Shown: positions 37,369 to 46,585 of the stretch, piece by piece | Position numbering within the stretch: the stretch's first letter is position 1 | How the letters are laid out: each line of letters begins with the position of its first letter | Assembly (NCBI GenBank): GCA_905215055.1 | Contig: CAJMOH010000001.1 | Coordinates: 34,064 to 98,063 of the forward strand | Direction of reading: 5' to 3' | Length of the DNA: 64,000 nt | Source of the DNA: an uncultured bacterium | GTDB lineage: Bacteria > Bacillota > Clostridia > Oscillospirales > Acutalibacteraceae | Position numbers and translations under genes: made by a program | Notes under the pieces: generated by a model | What the model was told of the DNA's origin: nothing | Database searches by the model: none | What the model saw: only the letters and a program-made list of their open reading frames with translations

Positions 37369-38283
37369 TTACAGCTCCAAATCCTTCTCGGAAAATCCCA
37401 GACTTTGCAGGGTTTCCGGACGCTGGCGCCAGTCCTCCTTCACCTTGACCCACAGCTGCAGGTTCACCTTGCAGTCGAAAAAGCGCTCCATGTCCTGGCG
37501 GGCCGCGGTGCCAATCCTCTTCAGCATAGCTCCGCCCTTTCCAATCAAAATTCCCTTGTGGCCCGGCTTCTCGCAGTAGATGGTCACGTCAATGTCCAGA
37601 ATTCCATCCCGGTCCTTCATCCGCTCGGTGACAGCCGCCACCCCGTGGGGAACCTCCTTATCCAACAGGCGCAGCACCTTTTCCCGGACAATCTCCGAGG
37701 CGATGACCCGCTCTGGCTGGTCGGTCAGCGTGTCCTCCGGGAACAGATGCCCTCCTGGCAGGCAGAGCCTCTTCAGCTCCTCTAAAAGCTCTTCCATGCC
37801 ATTTCCGTCTTTGGCAGAGACAGGCACCACCGCCTGAAACTCGTACAGCCCCGCGTACTGGGCAATCTGCTCCATAATGGGGCTTTTGTCCTCCAGCAAA
37901 TCAATTTTGTTGATGGCCAGCACCGCGGGAATCTTCCCTCCCCGAAACCGGCGAATCAATTCCTCGTCGGCCTTGGAGAGCTGGGTTCCCGCCTCCACCA
38001 CCAGCAGGCAGGCGTCCACGCCATCCACCGTGCGGGTGACAGATTTGACCATGTAATCCCCCAGAGAGTTTTTTGCCTTGATTAAGCCCGGTGTATCCAA
38101 GAACACCAGCTGGTCCTCTCCCTGGGTCAGCACCCCCATGATCCGGGTACGGGTGGTTTGAGGCTTTCGGGACACAATGGCGATCTTTTGGCCCACCAGC
38201 CGGTTGAGCACCGAGGACTTTCCCACATTGGGCCTTCCTACAATGGCGATAAACGCCGAGCGTTCCTGGGGCATATTCTCCAT
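37369..38283 (-). CDS. era: GTPase Era
   Basis: G1 GRPNVGKSS, G3 DTPG, G4 NKID and a C-terminal KH domain. Start placed at MENMPQERSAF with an AAGGAAG RBS. Confidence 0.9.
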   Translation of the reverse strand: MENMPQERSAFIAIVGRPNVGKSSVLNRLVGQKIAIVSRKPQTTRTRIMGVLTQGEDQLVFLDTPGLIKAKNSLGDYMVKSVTRTVDGVDACLLVVEAGTQLSKADEELIRRFRGGKIPAVLAINKIDLLEDKSPIMEQIAQYAGLYEFQAVVPVSAKDGNGMEELLEELKRLCLPGGHLFPEDTLTDQPERVIASEIVREKVLRLLDKEVPHGVAAVTERMKDRDGILDIDVTIYCEKPGHKGILIGKGGAMLKRIGTAARQDMERFFDCKVNLQLWVKVKEDWRQRPETLQSLGFSEKDLEL

Positions 38284-38359
38284 AGCTTTCTTCCTTTCCG
38301 CGCAACACAAGGAGACACCGCGAAACCACGGCGCCTCCCCCACTCTACTTAATTCTATT

Positions 38360-38893
38360 TTATTTTCCCCCGCGGCTTCTGTCAAGCCGTTTCCGGCGCA
38401 GGCTTTCCCAGCGCTCCTCCAGCCAGGCTGGACCTAAAAACACAAACCATGCCGCCACAGCCAGCGACAGCACCAGCGCCGCCAGCGTCCAGGGGTTGGA
38501 CCCTAGCTCCCATAGCAGGGACCAAAGCTCTGGGCGGAAAAGGATTACCACGCCCACCAGCAGGGCGGCAATCGCCGCCAAGAGCACTCCGCCCGCCGCC
38601 ACATCCTTAATCACCCGAATATAGCGGTTTCTGCTCCTTTGGGCGAAATTGCAAAGCTTCTCCACAGCGGTGTTCAGGGCCTCTGCCGCCATTACCCCTC
38701 CAATGGCCAGCAGCAGGCAGGCCATCTCCCCGCGGCTGAGGGAAAGCCGGCTGGCAAAAAACAGCACATAGGCACACGCCGTTAAATGGATCCGCATATT
38801 TCGCTCTGAGCGGACACAGGCGCCGATTCCCCGAAAGGCATCGGCAAAGCTGTGCCACAGCCGCCGTTTCTGCTCTGGGCGGTTGTTACTCAC
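38360..38893 (-). CDS. dgkA: Diacylglycerol kinase / undecaprenol kinase (DgkA family)
   Basis: FRGIGACVRSERNMRIH…AAEALNTAVEKL…IKDVAAGGVLLAAI. GTG start overlapping the ybeY stop (GTGAGTAA). Confidence 0.7.
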   Translation of the reverse strand: MSNNRPEQKRRLWHSFADAFRGIGACVRSERNMRIHLTACAYVLFFASRLSLSRGEMACLLLAIGGVMAAEALNTAVEKLCNFAQRSRNRYIRVIKDVAAGGVLLAAIAALLVGVVILFRPELWSLLWELGSNPWTLAALVLSLAVAAWFVFLGPAWLEERWESLRRKRLDRSRGGK

Positions 38894-39392
38894 GAGGTGT
38901 GGTGGCGTAGCTGGCGCTGGCAGGCAGGCCCAGCTCCCGCATGACCTGCTCCTCCTTCTCCCGCATGCGCACCCGGGCCAGACCGCCAGCCTCGTGATCA
39001 TAGCCCAGCAGATGCAGCATGGAATGAGCCGTTAAAAAACCCATTTCCCGCTCGAAGCTGTGACCGTAGGTTTTGGCCTGCTCCATGGCCTTAGGCACGG
39101 AGATCACAATATCCCCCAGGATCTTGGCGCCCGTCTCATGGTTGACATCGTAGTTGCCGTTTTCCCCCATGGGAAAAGAAAGCACATCCGTGGGGGCGTC
39201 TATATTCCGATACTGCCGGTTCATCTCCTGGATCTGATCGTTGTCCACAAAAGAGACGCTGATTTCAGCGGAGTCCTTAAAGCCCTCCAGCTGAAGCACC
39301 GCGTGGCAGCAGCGGCGAATCAGCATGCGGATTCCCGTGGGGATTTTTACCGCTTTCTGCTGGTTTGAAATAATCACTCGAATTTTTTCCAT
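38886..39392 (-). CDS. ybeY: rRNA maturation endoribonuclease YbeY
   Basis: H…HSMLHLLGYDHE zinc motif. Start placed at MEKIRVII. Confidence 0.85.
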   Translation of the reverse strand: MEKIRVIISNQQKAVKIPTGIRMLIRRCCHAVLQLEGFKDSAEISVSFVDNDQIQEMNRQYRNIDAPTDVLSFPMGENGNYDVNHETGAKILGDIVISVPKAMEQAKTYGHSFEREMGFLTAHSMLHLLGYDHEAGGLARVRMREKEEQVMRELGLPASASYATTPRE

Positions 39393-39475
39393 TCTATGCA
39401 CCATTCCTTTCTCTGGGATCTCCCCGAAAATTGACATCCATTTTATCCATACCCATAGAAGGGTCCAGTCCTTCG

Positions 39476-40435
39476 CTATTTCGCGGTTCTGCCGGCCCGC
39501 TCATAGGCCCTGATGATATCCTGCACCAGCTTGTGGCGCACCACATCCTTTTCCGTAAAGCGGAAAATGGCAATGTCGTCCACGCCCTTTAGGATGCGCA
39601 CCGCTTCCTTTAAGCCGGAGCGCTTGCCATCCGGCAGGTCAATCTGAGTCACGTCGCCGGTGATAACCATCTTGGAGTTGAACCCCAGCCGGGTGAGAAA
39701 CATTTTCATCTGTTCGCCGGTGGTGTTCTGGGCCTCGTCCAAAATGATAAAGCTGTCGTCCAGAGTGCGGCCCCGCATGTAGGCCAAGGGAGCCACCTCG
39801 ATATTGCCCCGCTCCACATAGCGTTGATAGGTCTCGGCCCCCAGCATGTCAAACAGGGCGTCGTACAAGGGGCGGAGATAAGGGTCCACCTTCTGTTGCA
39901 GGTCCCCGGGCAGGAACCCCAGCTTTTCCCCGGCCTCCACCGCCGGGCGGGTGAGGATAATCCGGTTTACCTGCTGGGCGCGGAAGGCGTTTACCGCCAT
40001 GGCCACCGCCAAATAGGTTTTGCCCGTACCGGCAGGCCCCACGCCGATGGTGATGGTGTTTTCCTTGATATTGTCGCAATAGGTGCGCTGGCCCACCGTC
40101 TTGGGCTTGATGGGCTTGCCCTTGCTGGTGATGCATACCACATCCCCGGCAAGGCGAACCACCTTATCCTCGCTGTCCTCCCCCACCATGCGGATGCAGT
40201 AACGCACGTTCTGCTCGGTAAGGGTTTCTCCGCTGCCAATCAGCGTCAGCAGGCTTTTTACCGTGCGGGCCGCTTTGTCCACAGCCTCCGGGTCTTCCCC
40301 GGTGATCTTCAGCTCTGAGTCCCGCACCACCAAAGCCACGCCAAATTCCTTTTCAATCAGCCGGACGTTCTCGTCGAAGCTCCCAAACAGGGCCTCGGCC
40401 TGCTCCAGCCTATCCAAATTGATTTTCTGCTCCAA
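39476..40435 (-). CDS. phoH: PhoH family ATPase (PhoH/YbeZ)
   Basis: Walker A GPAGTGKTYLAVAMAV and a DEAQN Walker B. TTG start with an AGGAGA RBS 5 nt upstream. The track ORF extends 16 further codons to a GTG. Confidence 0.8.
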   Translation of the reverse strand: MEQKINLDRLEQAEALFGSFDENVRLIEKEFGVALVVRDSELKITGEDPEAVDKAARTVKSLLTLIGSGETLTEQNVRYCIRMVGEDSEDKVVRLAGDVVCITSKGKPIKPKTVGQRTYCDNIKENTITIGVGPAGTGKTYLAVAMAVNAFRAQQVNRIILTRPAVEAGEKLGFLPGDLQQKVDPYLRPLYDALFDMLGAETYQRYVERGNIEVAPLAYMRGRTLDDSFIILDEAQNTTGEQMKMFLTRLGFNSKMVITGDVTQIDLPDGKRSGLKEAVRILKGVDDIAIFRFTEKDVVRHKLVQDIIRAYERAGRTAK

Positions 40436-40575
40436 AGAGATCTCCTGTTCTATGAGTATTTTACGCAGGACAAAACAGGTCACAAAATGTCCTGCGGCTA
40501 TTATAGCACAGAAGGACGTCTTTCTTCAAGGGAAAACTCTATGAATACTTACCAAAAATTATTATCCGCCTTATG

Positions 40576-41778
40576 CTATTCAAACGAAATCTCTCTTACC
40601 ACGCCAATTTCCTCCTCACAGCGGCACTGGGCTGTCAAGGTGCACATGCCATTTTCAAAGTGATAGGAAAGCTCCTCCCCCAATATCTGACTGCCAGGCG
40701 GCAGCTCCTCCCTCTGAAGACGGCGCAGCCGCAGAAGAGCCGCCTCCCTCCAGGCGTCCTCCTCCAGTGAAACAGAGATCTCCTCCAGCGGTTGGCTGGT
40801 GGTTTCCACCCAGGTCAAGGGCAGCTCCCGGCCCAAAGGCGCCCAGGACCACCTGCGGCTCCAGGTTCTGCTTTCCTCTGAGAGAGCCGAATCAAATCCC
40901 AGGGAAATCTGAAGCCCCAATATCTCCAGAGCATGGCTTTTCCGCAACCCGCCCGCAGGCCGAAGCTCTGACGCCAGCTGGGAAACCTCCACAGTAAACT
41001 CCCGATAAGTGAGGGCGCGCACGCTGCCCCGGGCGGCTCCCAGCACCTGATAGGGTTCCTCCGGCGGCGGGGAGTAGGGATCCGCCTCCTGCTCGTACAG
41101 CCCGGCAATCAACAGCTGACCCAGCACCACCGTATCTCCCACGGATACCTCCGGACGGCCCCGCTCCGCCTGGATGGACACAATGGTTCCCGCCTGGGAG
41201 GCCACCATGTTGGACCATTCCCGGCTGTCAGCCACCTCTGGCGCTGGAAGGCTTTCCCGCAGGGCCACCTCCACAAAACAGCCGTCTGTGTTCACAGCAA
41301 GCCAGGAGGTCCCCGGCAGATCGTTTTGCAGGGACAACGCCGCCCCTGTGGGATCCAGCCGGCTGAGAAGGGCGCCCACATACACACCGTTTTCCCTGGC
41401 AGCCTCCAACACCTGGCGCTGGGTCAACGTTTCCGTGCCTGTCACTGTGACGCCCCAGCAAAATCCCCTTAAAAGGAGGTAAATTCCCGCCCCGCAGACA
41501 ATCCCCAGGACCACTCCCGGATTCTTCCCCAAGCGCCGGATGAAAAAGGGTATGCCTCCCCGCTTGCGGATTCGGGGATGGGCGCCGCACCTGCGAAACA
41601 GCGGACGCAGCCGCCGGTACTCTCTGGGCCGGCCCCGGACCACCGGCCTTCCCTCCCTTTGGGAAAAGCCCCAAAACTCTGTGCCGGTTTTCGCCGCGCC
41701 GTTGAGAAACCTGGCCCCGTTGCCCCGGATTTCAAACTCCACCCAGCCTGTGAGAAAATGGGCAATCCGCTCTACCAT
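40576..41778 (-). CDS. yqfD: Sporulation protein YqfD
   Basis: MVERIAHFLTGWVEFEIRGNGARFLN N-terminus and a central TM segment, ~400 aa. AAGGGAAGGGAGGGGG RBS. The 65 upstream ORF codons are an artefact. Confidence 0.7.
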   Translation of the reverse strand: MVERIAHFLTGWVEFEIRGNGARFLNGAAKTGTEFWGFSQREGRPVVRGRPREYRRLRPLFRRCGAHPRIRKRGGIPFFIRRLGKNPGVVLGIVCGAGIYLLLRGFCWGVTVTGTETLTQRQVLEAARENGVYVGALLSRLDPTGAALSLQNDLPGTSWLAVNTDGCFVEVALRESLPAPEVADSREWSNMVASQAGTIVSIQAERGRPEVSVGDTVVLGQLLIAGLYEQEADPYSPPPEEPYQVLGAARGSVRALTYREFTVEVSQLASELRPAGGLRKSHALEILGLQISLGFDSALSEESRTWSRRWSWAPLGRELPLTWVETTSQPLEEISVSLEEDAWREAALLRLRRLQREELPPGSQILGEELSYHFENGMCTLTAQCRCEEEIGVVREISFE

Positions 41779-42041
41779 CAGGCCCCCTCCCTTCCCTTTT
41801 CCCTCTGCCCAGACGCGCCCCACAGATACTCCACCTGCTGGATAAGTCCCTCCACTACCGCGGCGCTGTCCGTCAGCTTGACCAGCCTCAGGCCTCGGCC
41901 GGTAAATCGAAGCTTCATTCCCCCCGCCCGAAAAATCATCTGTTCCTCGCCGTACTCCACAATGCCGTCGCAACCATCCACCACGGCCCGGCGGTTGCCG
42001 GAAAGCTCCACCACCGGGCTACCAATCCGCCGGTTTTCCAT
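41778..42041 (-). CDS. yqfC: Sporulation protein YqfC
   Basis: MENRRIGSPVVELSGNRRAVVDGCDGIVEYGEEQMIFRAGG…, 87 aa. TGATG overlap with the yqfD start. Confidence 0.65.
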   Translation of the reverse strand: MENRRIGSPVVELSGNRRAVVDGCDGIVEYGEEQMIFRAGGMKLRFTGRGLRLVKLTDSAAVVEGLIQQVEYLWGASGQREKGREGA

Positions 42042-42142
42042 GGCGCCGCCCCCTTTCCCGATAGTATATGAGCCGCCGCGGGAATGTATCACCTCAGGAG
42101 CGCATAGGCATAACCAATCCCCTTTCGAAAGGAGCGCGACCC

Positions 42143-43351
42143 ATGGAAACTGCGGAACGGGACATCGGAAAAAAGCTCCTTGCTGTCCTGGGCTTTTTGA
42201 CTCTGGCCGGAGGCCTGCTGCTGTTTCCCGCCCAAGCCAGGGAAAGCGTTTCAAAAAGCGTGCTGACCTGCCTTTCCTCCCTGGTCCCTTCTCTGTTTCC
42301 CTTTTTGGTTCTGGCAAGCCTAGGCGTGCGCTCTGGAGCCGGAGCGCTTTTAGGACGCCTGCTTGCCCCTCTCACCCGGCGCGCCTTTCGCCTGCCTGCC
42401 ATTTGCGGCGCCCCTTTGCTGCTGAGCTTTTTGGGAGGCTACCCCGCCGGAGCCAGAGGAGTGTCCCTGCTGTTGGAGGAAAAGCAGATTACCCGTGAGC
42501 AGGCAGGCCGCATGATGGCCTTCTGCGTGGCGCCCGGCCCTGCCTTTGTAGTGACTTTTGTGGGCTGGGGCATCTGGGGAAGCCTGGAACGGGGCTGGCT
42601 TTTATTCGCGGCTGTAACGCTGTCCGGCCTGCTTCTGGGAATCCTTTCCGGGCTGGGAAAGCCTGTCCCGCAAGAGAGGGCTCAGGAAAAGGACCCGTCC
42701 TCCGGCTCTGCCCTGGTGCTTTCCGTGTCCGACGCCTGCTCTGCCACCGCTAAAATGTGCGGCTGCATTCTGCTCTTCGCCGGAATCACCGCCATCCTCC
42801 GGGCCAGCGGTCTGTTCCGGCTGCTGGCCGGGCTGCTGGAGGCCGCGGGTCCGCTGCCGGCGGGAGAGGCCCAGGCCGCCCTGTCCTTTGTGATGGAGGT
42901 CACCGGCGGCGCGGCAGACGCGGCCCAGGCTGGCGCCTCGCCTGCCTTATTTGCCTTCGGGCTGGCCTTTGGAGGGCTTTGCGTTCACCTTCAGCTCTTT
43001 TCCTTTTTTCGGAAATTCCCCCTGAGCAAAGGGAAATTTTTCCTGTTCCGAGTCCTCCACGGGGCAGGGTCCGCCGGACTGTTTCTGCTGCTGGACCGGC
43101 TGGTTCCCGGGGAAAGCACTCCGGCGTGGGCGGCCTCCACCCAGCCTCTCCACTGTGAAATAACCGCCTCCACCGCGGCGGGAGGGCTTTCCATGCTGCT
43201 GATGTGTTTGGCCTTTCTGGTGTATGTGGGAAAGCCCTTTTTCTCTCAAAAAGCAGAACTGGACAAAAAGGATCTCCCGCCAAAGCGCGGTCCCCGTTTC
43301 CATTTCCGCGGCTTGCGCGAAAAGAGCCATCGTGGTATAATGCAGCCATAG
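42143..43351 (+). CDS. Nucleoside-recognition (Gate) domain membrane protein, sporulation YlbJ-like
   Basis: A ~400-aa polytopic membrane protein with two Gate-like halves. AAAGGAG RBS. Confidence 0.5.
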   Translation: METAERDIGKKLLAVLGFLTLAGGLLLFPAQARESVSKSVLTCLSSLVPSLFPFLVLASLGVRSGAGALLGRLLAPLTRRAFRLPAICGAPLLLSFLGGYPAGARGVSLLLEEKQITREQAGRMMAFCVAPGPAFVVTFVGWGIWGSLERGWLLFAAVTLSGLLLGILSGLGKPVPQERAQEKDPSSGSALVLSVSDACSATAKMCGCILLFAGITAILRASGLFRLLAGLLEAAGPLPAGEAQAALSFVMEVTGGAADAAQAGASPALFAFGLAFGGLCVHLQLFSFFRKFPLSKGKFFLFRVLHGAGSAGLFLLLDRLVPGESTPAWAASTQPLHCEITASTAAGGLSMLLMCLAFLVYVGKPFFSQKAELDKKDLPPKRGPRFHFRGLREKSHRGIMQP

Positions 43352-43376
43352 ACTTTTGAAAAGTGAGGCTCTCGAA

Positions 43377-43625
43377 ATGGGGTTCTTTCGAAAAAGAAAA
43401 AAACAACCGCTGTTCGGAGTTGACATCGTCCCCAGCTGCGCTTACTGCCAGCACAACAGCGGAAAAGAGGAGGAAGTGGTCTGCGCCCTTCGTCAAAGGC
43501 CCCAGGAGGGAGAAGAGGGCCTGCGCTCCTGCAAAAAATATCAATACGATCCCTTGCGCCGGGAGCCTCGCGTGGCCCCCACGCTCCGCACAGGACAATT
43601 CCGGCCAGAGGATTTTCAGCTGTAA
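43377..43625 (+). CDS. Small Cys-containing hypothetical protein
   Basis: 82-aa ORF MGFFRKRKKQ…SCAYCQH…VCAL…SCKKY. No family recognised. Confidence 0.3.
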   Translation: MGFFRKRKKQPLFGVDIVPSCAYCQHNSGKEEEVVCALRQRPQEGEEGLRSCKKYQYDPLRREPRVAPTLRTGQFRPEDFQL

Positions 43626-43685
43626 CAAGGAAAGCCCCCCACAAGAGCTGTGGAGGGCTTTCGCTATGGAAGCCGTGCGCCGCCT

Positions 43686-44588
43686 TTACCGCACAAGCAG
43701 CATGATTAGGGGCATGGTGGCAATGGACAAAATGGTGGACAGGCACACAATCCCCGCAGCAGCCTGGGCGTCCCCCTTCTGCCGCTGAACATACAGCGCC
43801 AGATTAGAGCCTACCGGCGCGGCCGCCGCAATGAGAATGGCGCTTTTCATGGCTGTGGGAACACTGGGGAAAATCATCAGCACCAAAGCGGTCAACAGGG
43901 GAATGAGCAGCAGGCGCACGCCGCTGACCGCCCAAGCCTCCCCCGAGAGAAACATTTTCCGGGGAGAGATATTCCCCAGCAGCACGCCCAAAACCACCAT
44001 GGCCACGGGAGCGTTGCATCCGGCGATGGCGCCAATGGCGTTCTCCACCAGAGGAGGCAGGGTAATTGGCAGGAAATACAGCAGCAATCCCACAAAAAAG
44101 GCTAAAATCAAGGGGTTCCTTACCAGGGCCAAGGGCTTCAGCTCCTCTCTGGAGGCGCCCAGGATGGCCTGGCCGTAGGTCCACTGAAGAATGTTCAGCA
44201 AAGCCACAAATCCGGCAATGTAAAACACCGCGCTTTCCCCCACCACGGCGGTAATCAGGGGAATCCCCATAAAGCCCGCGTTGGAAAAGGAGCTGCCGAA
44301 ATTGGCCGCCGGCCTTTTCCGAAACACCAAAAAGGACACCGCCATTGCCAGCCCCACGGCAAGCGCCGAAAGGCCCAGGGACATCAGCAGCTCCAGGGTG
44401 GTTTCCGGCGAAGCCTCCCGGTAAAAGGACTGAACAATCACACAGGGAATCACCACATACAGCAGCAAATTGGTAAGGGCAGCGCTGTTGGCCTCTGTCA
44501 CAAGCTTGGCGCGGCACAGACACCATCCCACGCCCACATACAAAAACATGGTAATCAGCTGCATCAGCAGAATCCCTGCTTCTCCCAT
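43686..44588 (-). CDS. AEC family (auxin efflux carrier-like) transporter
   Basis: A 300-aa, 10-TM protein with a two-half architecture typical of AEC/malate permease family. Confidence 0.7.
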   Translation of the reverse strand: MGEAGILLMQLITMFLYVGVGWCLCRAKLVTEANSAALTNLLLYVVIPCVIVQSFYREASPETTLELLMSLGLSALAVGLAMAVSFLVFRKRPAANFGSSFSNAGFMGIPLITAVVGESAVFYIAGFVALLNILQWTYGQAILGASREELKPLALVRNPLILAFFVGLLLYFLPITLPPLVENAIGAIAGCNAPVAMVVLGVLLGNISPRKMFLSGEAWAVSGVRLLLIPLLTALVLMIFPSVPTAMKSAILIAAAAPVGSNLALYVQRQKGDAQAAAGIVCLSTILSIATMPLIMLLVR

Positions 44589-44740
44589 TTTCCCTCATCC
44601 TTCCCTTGGAAAGCAAACGTTTTCTTTAACTATATCACACCTGGAAACACCTGTCAAACAGAGCGAAAACAGCCGCGGAGCCTTTTCGGTAAGGCCCTGC
44701 GGCTGTTTTTTTATAAAAGCCCCCTGGCAAAAGACATGGG

Positions 44741-45754
44741 TCAAGCAGCCTGGGAGTCTTGGCTTTCCAGTTCCTCCCCGGCGGCGTTCTCCGAAGCCTC
44801 GGATTCCTGGGAAGCCGTGGAATCTGTTGAAGTGACAGAGTCCTCGGAAACAGTGGAGTCCTCTGAGATAGTAGAATTCTCTGAGATAGTGGAATCTTCT
44901 GAGATAGTAGAATCTTCTGAGATAGTGGAGTCCTCGGAAATGGTGGAATCCGCTGAGATGGCAGAGCTTTCGGAAGCCTGCTCCTCCTCGCCGCCCGAAA
45001 CCGCCGCCAGCGCGATTCCTGTGGTCAAGCAGGCCAGCACCAAGACCGTTCCTGCCACCGCCGCGGCCCGTTTGCGCTTCCGGCGCAGTTTGGCTTGAAT
45101 GGGGACGCACAGGGCGCGGATGGTTGTAAGGATGGTAGTGTCCACCGAAGGCGGAACCTCGGCCCCCACTCGCTTGGACTCCAACACCCGGTGAAACTCC
45201 TCCGCGTCCAGAGAAACCGGCTGGCCTGTCCGCTGGGAAATAGCCGTGCAGATTCGTTTTAAATTGGTCGGCTCTGCCTCCAGCGCCAGGCGGACCGTCT
45301 CCTCGTTGGTGTGAAACAGACGGGCCAGCTGCGCCTGGGTATAGCCGCACAGCACAGGGAGCGTGTAGAGAAATCGCTGCAGCGGCGGCAGATTGGCCAC
45401 CACCAGCTCCCAAGGGTCGCCCCGCAGGACAAAGCGGTCCCCCTCCCCCACGCCCTGGACAAAATTGCGGTTGGCAGGAATACGAAAGGCTTTCGTGTCT
45501 TTTTTCCCAACGGTGGTTTTGCAGAAGGTTACCGCCTTGTTTACCGCCGCCTGAGAAAAGGCCTCCTCGTCGGTGATTCTTCCAGAGAGCACTTGCTCCC
45601 ACAAGCTGCGGTAAATTCTGGGAGCGGCTATTTGAGCGGCTTGCTGGCTGGCTAGCAGCACCCGGCACAGGTGCATTACGCTGGTCTTTGTTCCGTCAAA
45701 CAGGGTTTCCATGGCTTCCCAGCTTCCCCGCCGGGCTTTATCAGTGAGATTCAT
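44741..45754 (-). CDS. Sigma-70 family (ECF-like) protein with a C-terminal transmembrane segment and a Ser/Glu-rich tandem-repeat tail
   Basis: Region-2-like N-terminus and a region-4 HTH (LPPLQRFLYTLPVLCGYTQAQLARLFHTNEETVRLAL). Then KLRRKRKR followed by the TM helix AAAVAGTVLVLACLTTGIALAAV. Then (STISED)x7 repeats. Confidence 0.55.
   Translation of the reverse strand: MNLTDKARRGSWEAMETLFDGTKTSVMHLCRVLLASQQAAQIAAPRIYRSLWEQVLSGRITDEEAFSQAAVNKAVTFCKTTVGKKDTKAFRIPANRNFVQGVGEGDRFVLRGDPWELVVANLPPLQRFLYTLPVLCGYTQAQLARLFHTNEETVRLALEAEPTNLKRICTAISQRTGQPVSLDAEEFHRVLESKRVGAEVPPSVDTTILTTIRALCVPIQAKLRRKRKRAAAVAGTVLVLACLTTGIALAAVSGGEEEQASESSAISADSTISEDSTISEDSTISEDSTISENSTISEDSTVSEDSVTSTDSTASQESEASENAAGEELESQDSQAA
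44838..44950. repeat. 18-bp tandem coding repeat (~6-7 copies) encoding STISED units
   Basis: Units such as gagatagtagaatcttct/gagatagtggagtcctcg recur in tandem. Confidence 0.6.
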
Positions 45755-45838
45755 GGTGTGTTCCTTTCCTGTGATTTCAGATTGTAGGCAAGCAAAGAGC
45801 GCGCCCCAAAGGCTCTCTTCGCGGCGCGCCCTCCTTCC

Positions 45839-46399
45839 TTATTCCGCGCTGGCATCTGTCTCGCCGGCAGCCTCCTCCAAAGCGGATTCCTCCGTGGAGG
45901 TGGAGTCCGTCGAGCTGATGGAGGAGCTGCTGTCTCCAGCAGTTTCCACTTCCAGAACGATGATGGTCTGGACGCCGTCCTCATCTGTGGTGACGGCTAC
46001 CATATCGCCCTCCGCCAGATCGTCCAGGGTGATGTCGGACGCCACGCCGCTGGAAACGGATTGATAAACGGCGTCATCCTCTAGGGTCACGGTTTCCGAG
46101 TCGCCCGAATCTGTAAGAGCGATTCCCTCCAGATCGGTATAGTCGGTAATCTCGCTGTCCGCCTCGTAAACATCCACCACAAGGGAAGAAGTGCCTAGAT
46201 AGGTGATTTCGCCTACTACGTCCTCAGCAGCCTCTTCCTCCTCGCTGGAGGAAGAAGAGGAAGTGCTGGTGGAGGAGCTGGACTCCGAGCTGCTTTCAGA
46301 GCCGCTGGATTCTTCCGCTTCCGAGCATCCGGCAAACATTCCCAGGCACAGAAGGCTCGCCGCCAACAGAGCCGTCAAGCTTTTCCATGATTTCTTCAT
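45839..46399 (-). CDS. Acidic Ser/Glu-rich lipoprotein
   Basis: Signal peptide with lipobox (MFAGCSE), followed by a poly-Ser/Glu acidic domain and a beta-rich C-terminus. Confidence 0.45.
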   Translation of the reverse strand: MKKSWKSLTALLAASLLCLGMFAGCSEAEESSGSESSSESSSSTSTSSSSSSEEEEAAEDVVGEITYLGTSSLVVDVYEADSEITDYTDLEGIALTDSGDSETVTLEDDAVYQSVSSGVASDITLDDLAEGDMVAVTTDEDGVQTIIVLEVETAGDSSSSISSTDSTSTEESALEEAAGETDASAE

Positions 46400-46585
46400 A
46401 GGTATCCTTCTTTCTTTATGCAAGTTTCACGCGCCGGCTTCCCGGCCGCTGGATTCAGTGTACCGTCCAGCACTAAAGGCATCCTAAAAAGGACGGTGAA
46501 GGAACCGTGAAAGCTTGTTTACAAAACCGTATCAATCCCCGGGCAAAATAAAACGGCCCCTAAGGGCCGTAAACAGGCGGTCTTT

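Noticed and set aside
41779-41973. 65-codon N-terminal extension of yqfD. Similar extensions precede era (to 38385), ybeY (to 39437), phoH (to 40483), GH32 (to 58079), the glutaminase-like gene (to 3543) and enolase (to 15857).
   Set aside because: Homologue N-termini and RBS positions support the shorter internal starts. The extensions overlap upstream genes.
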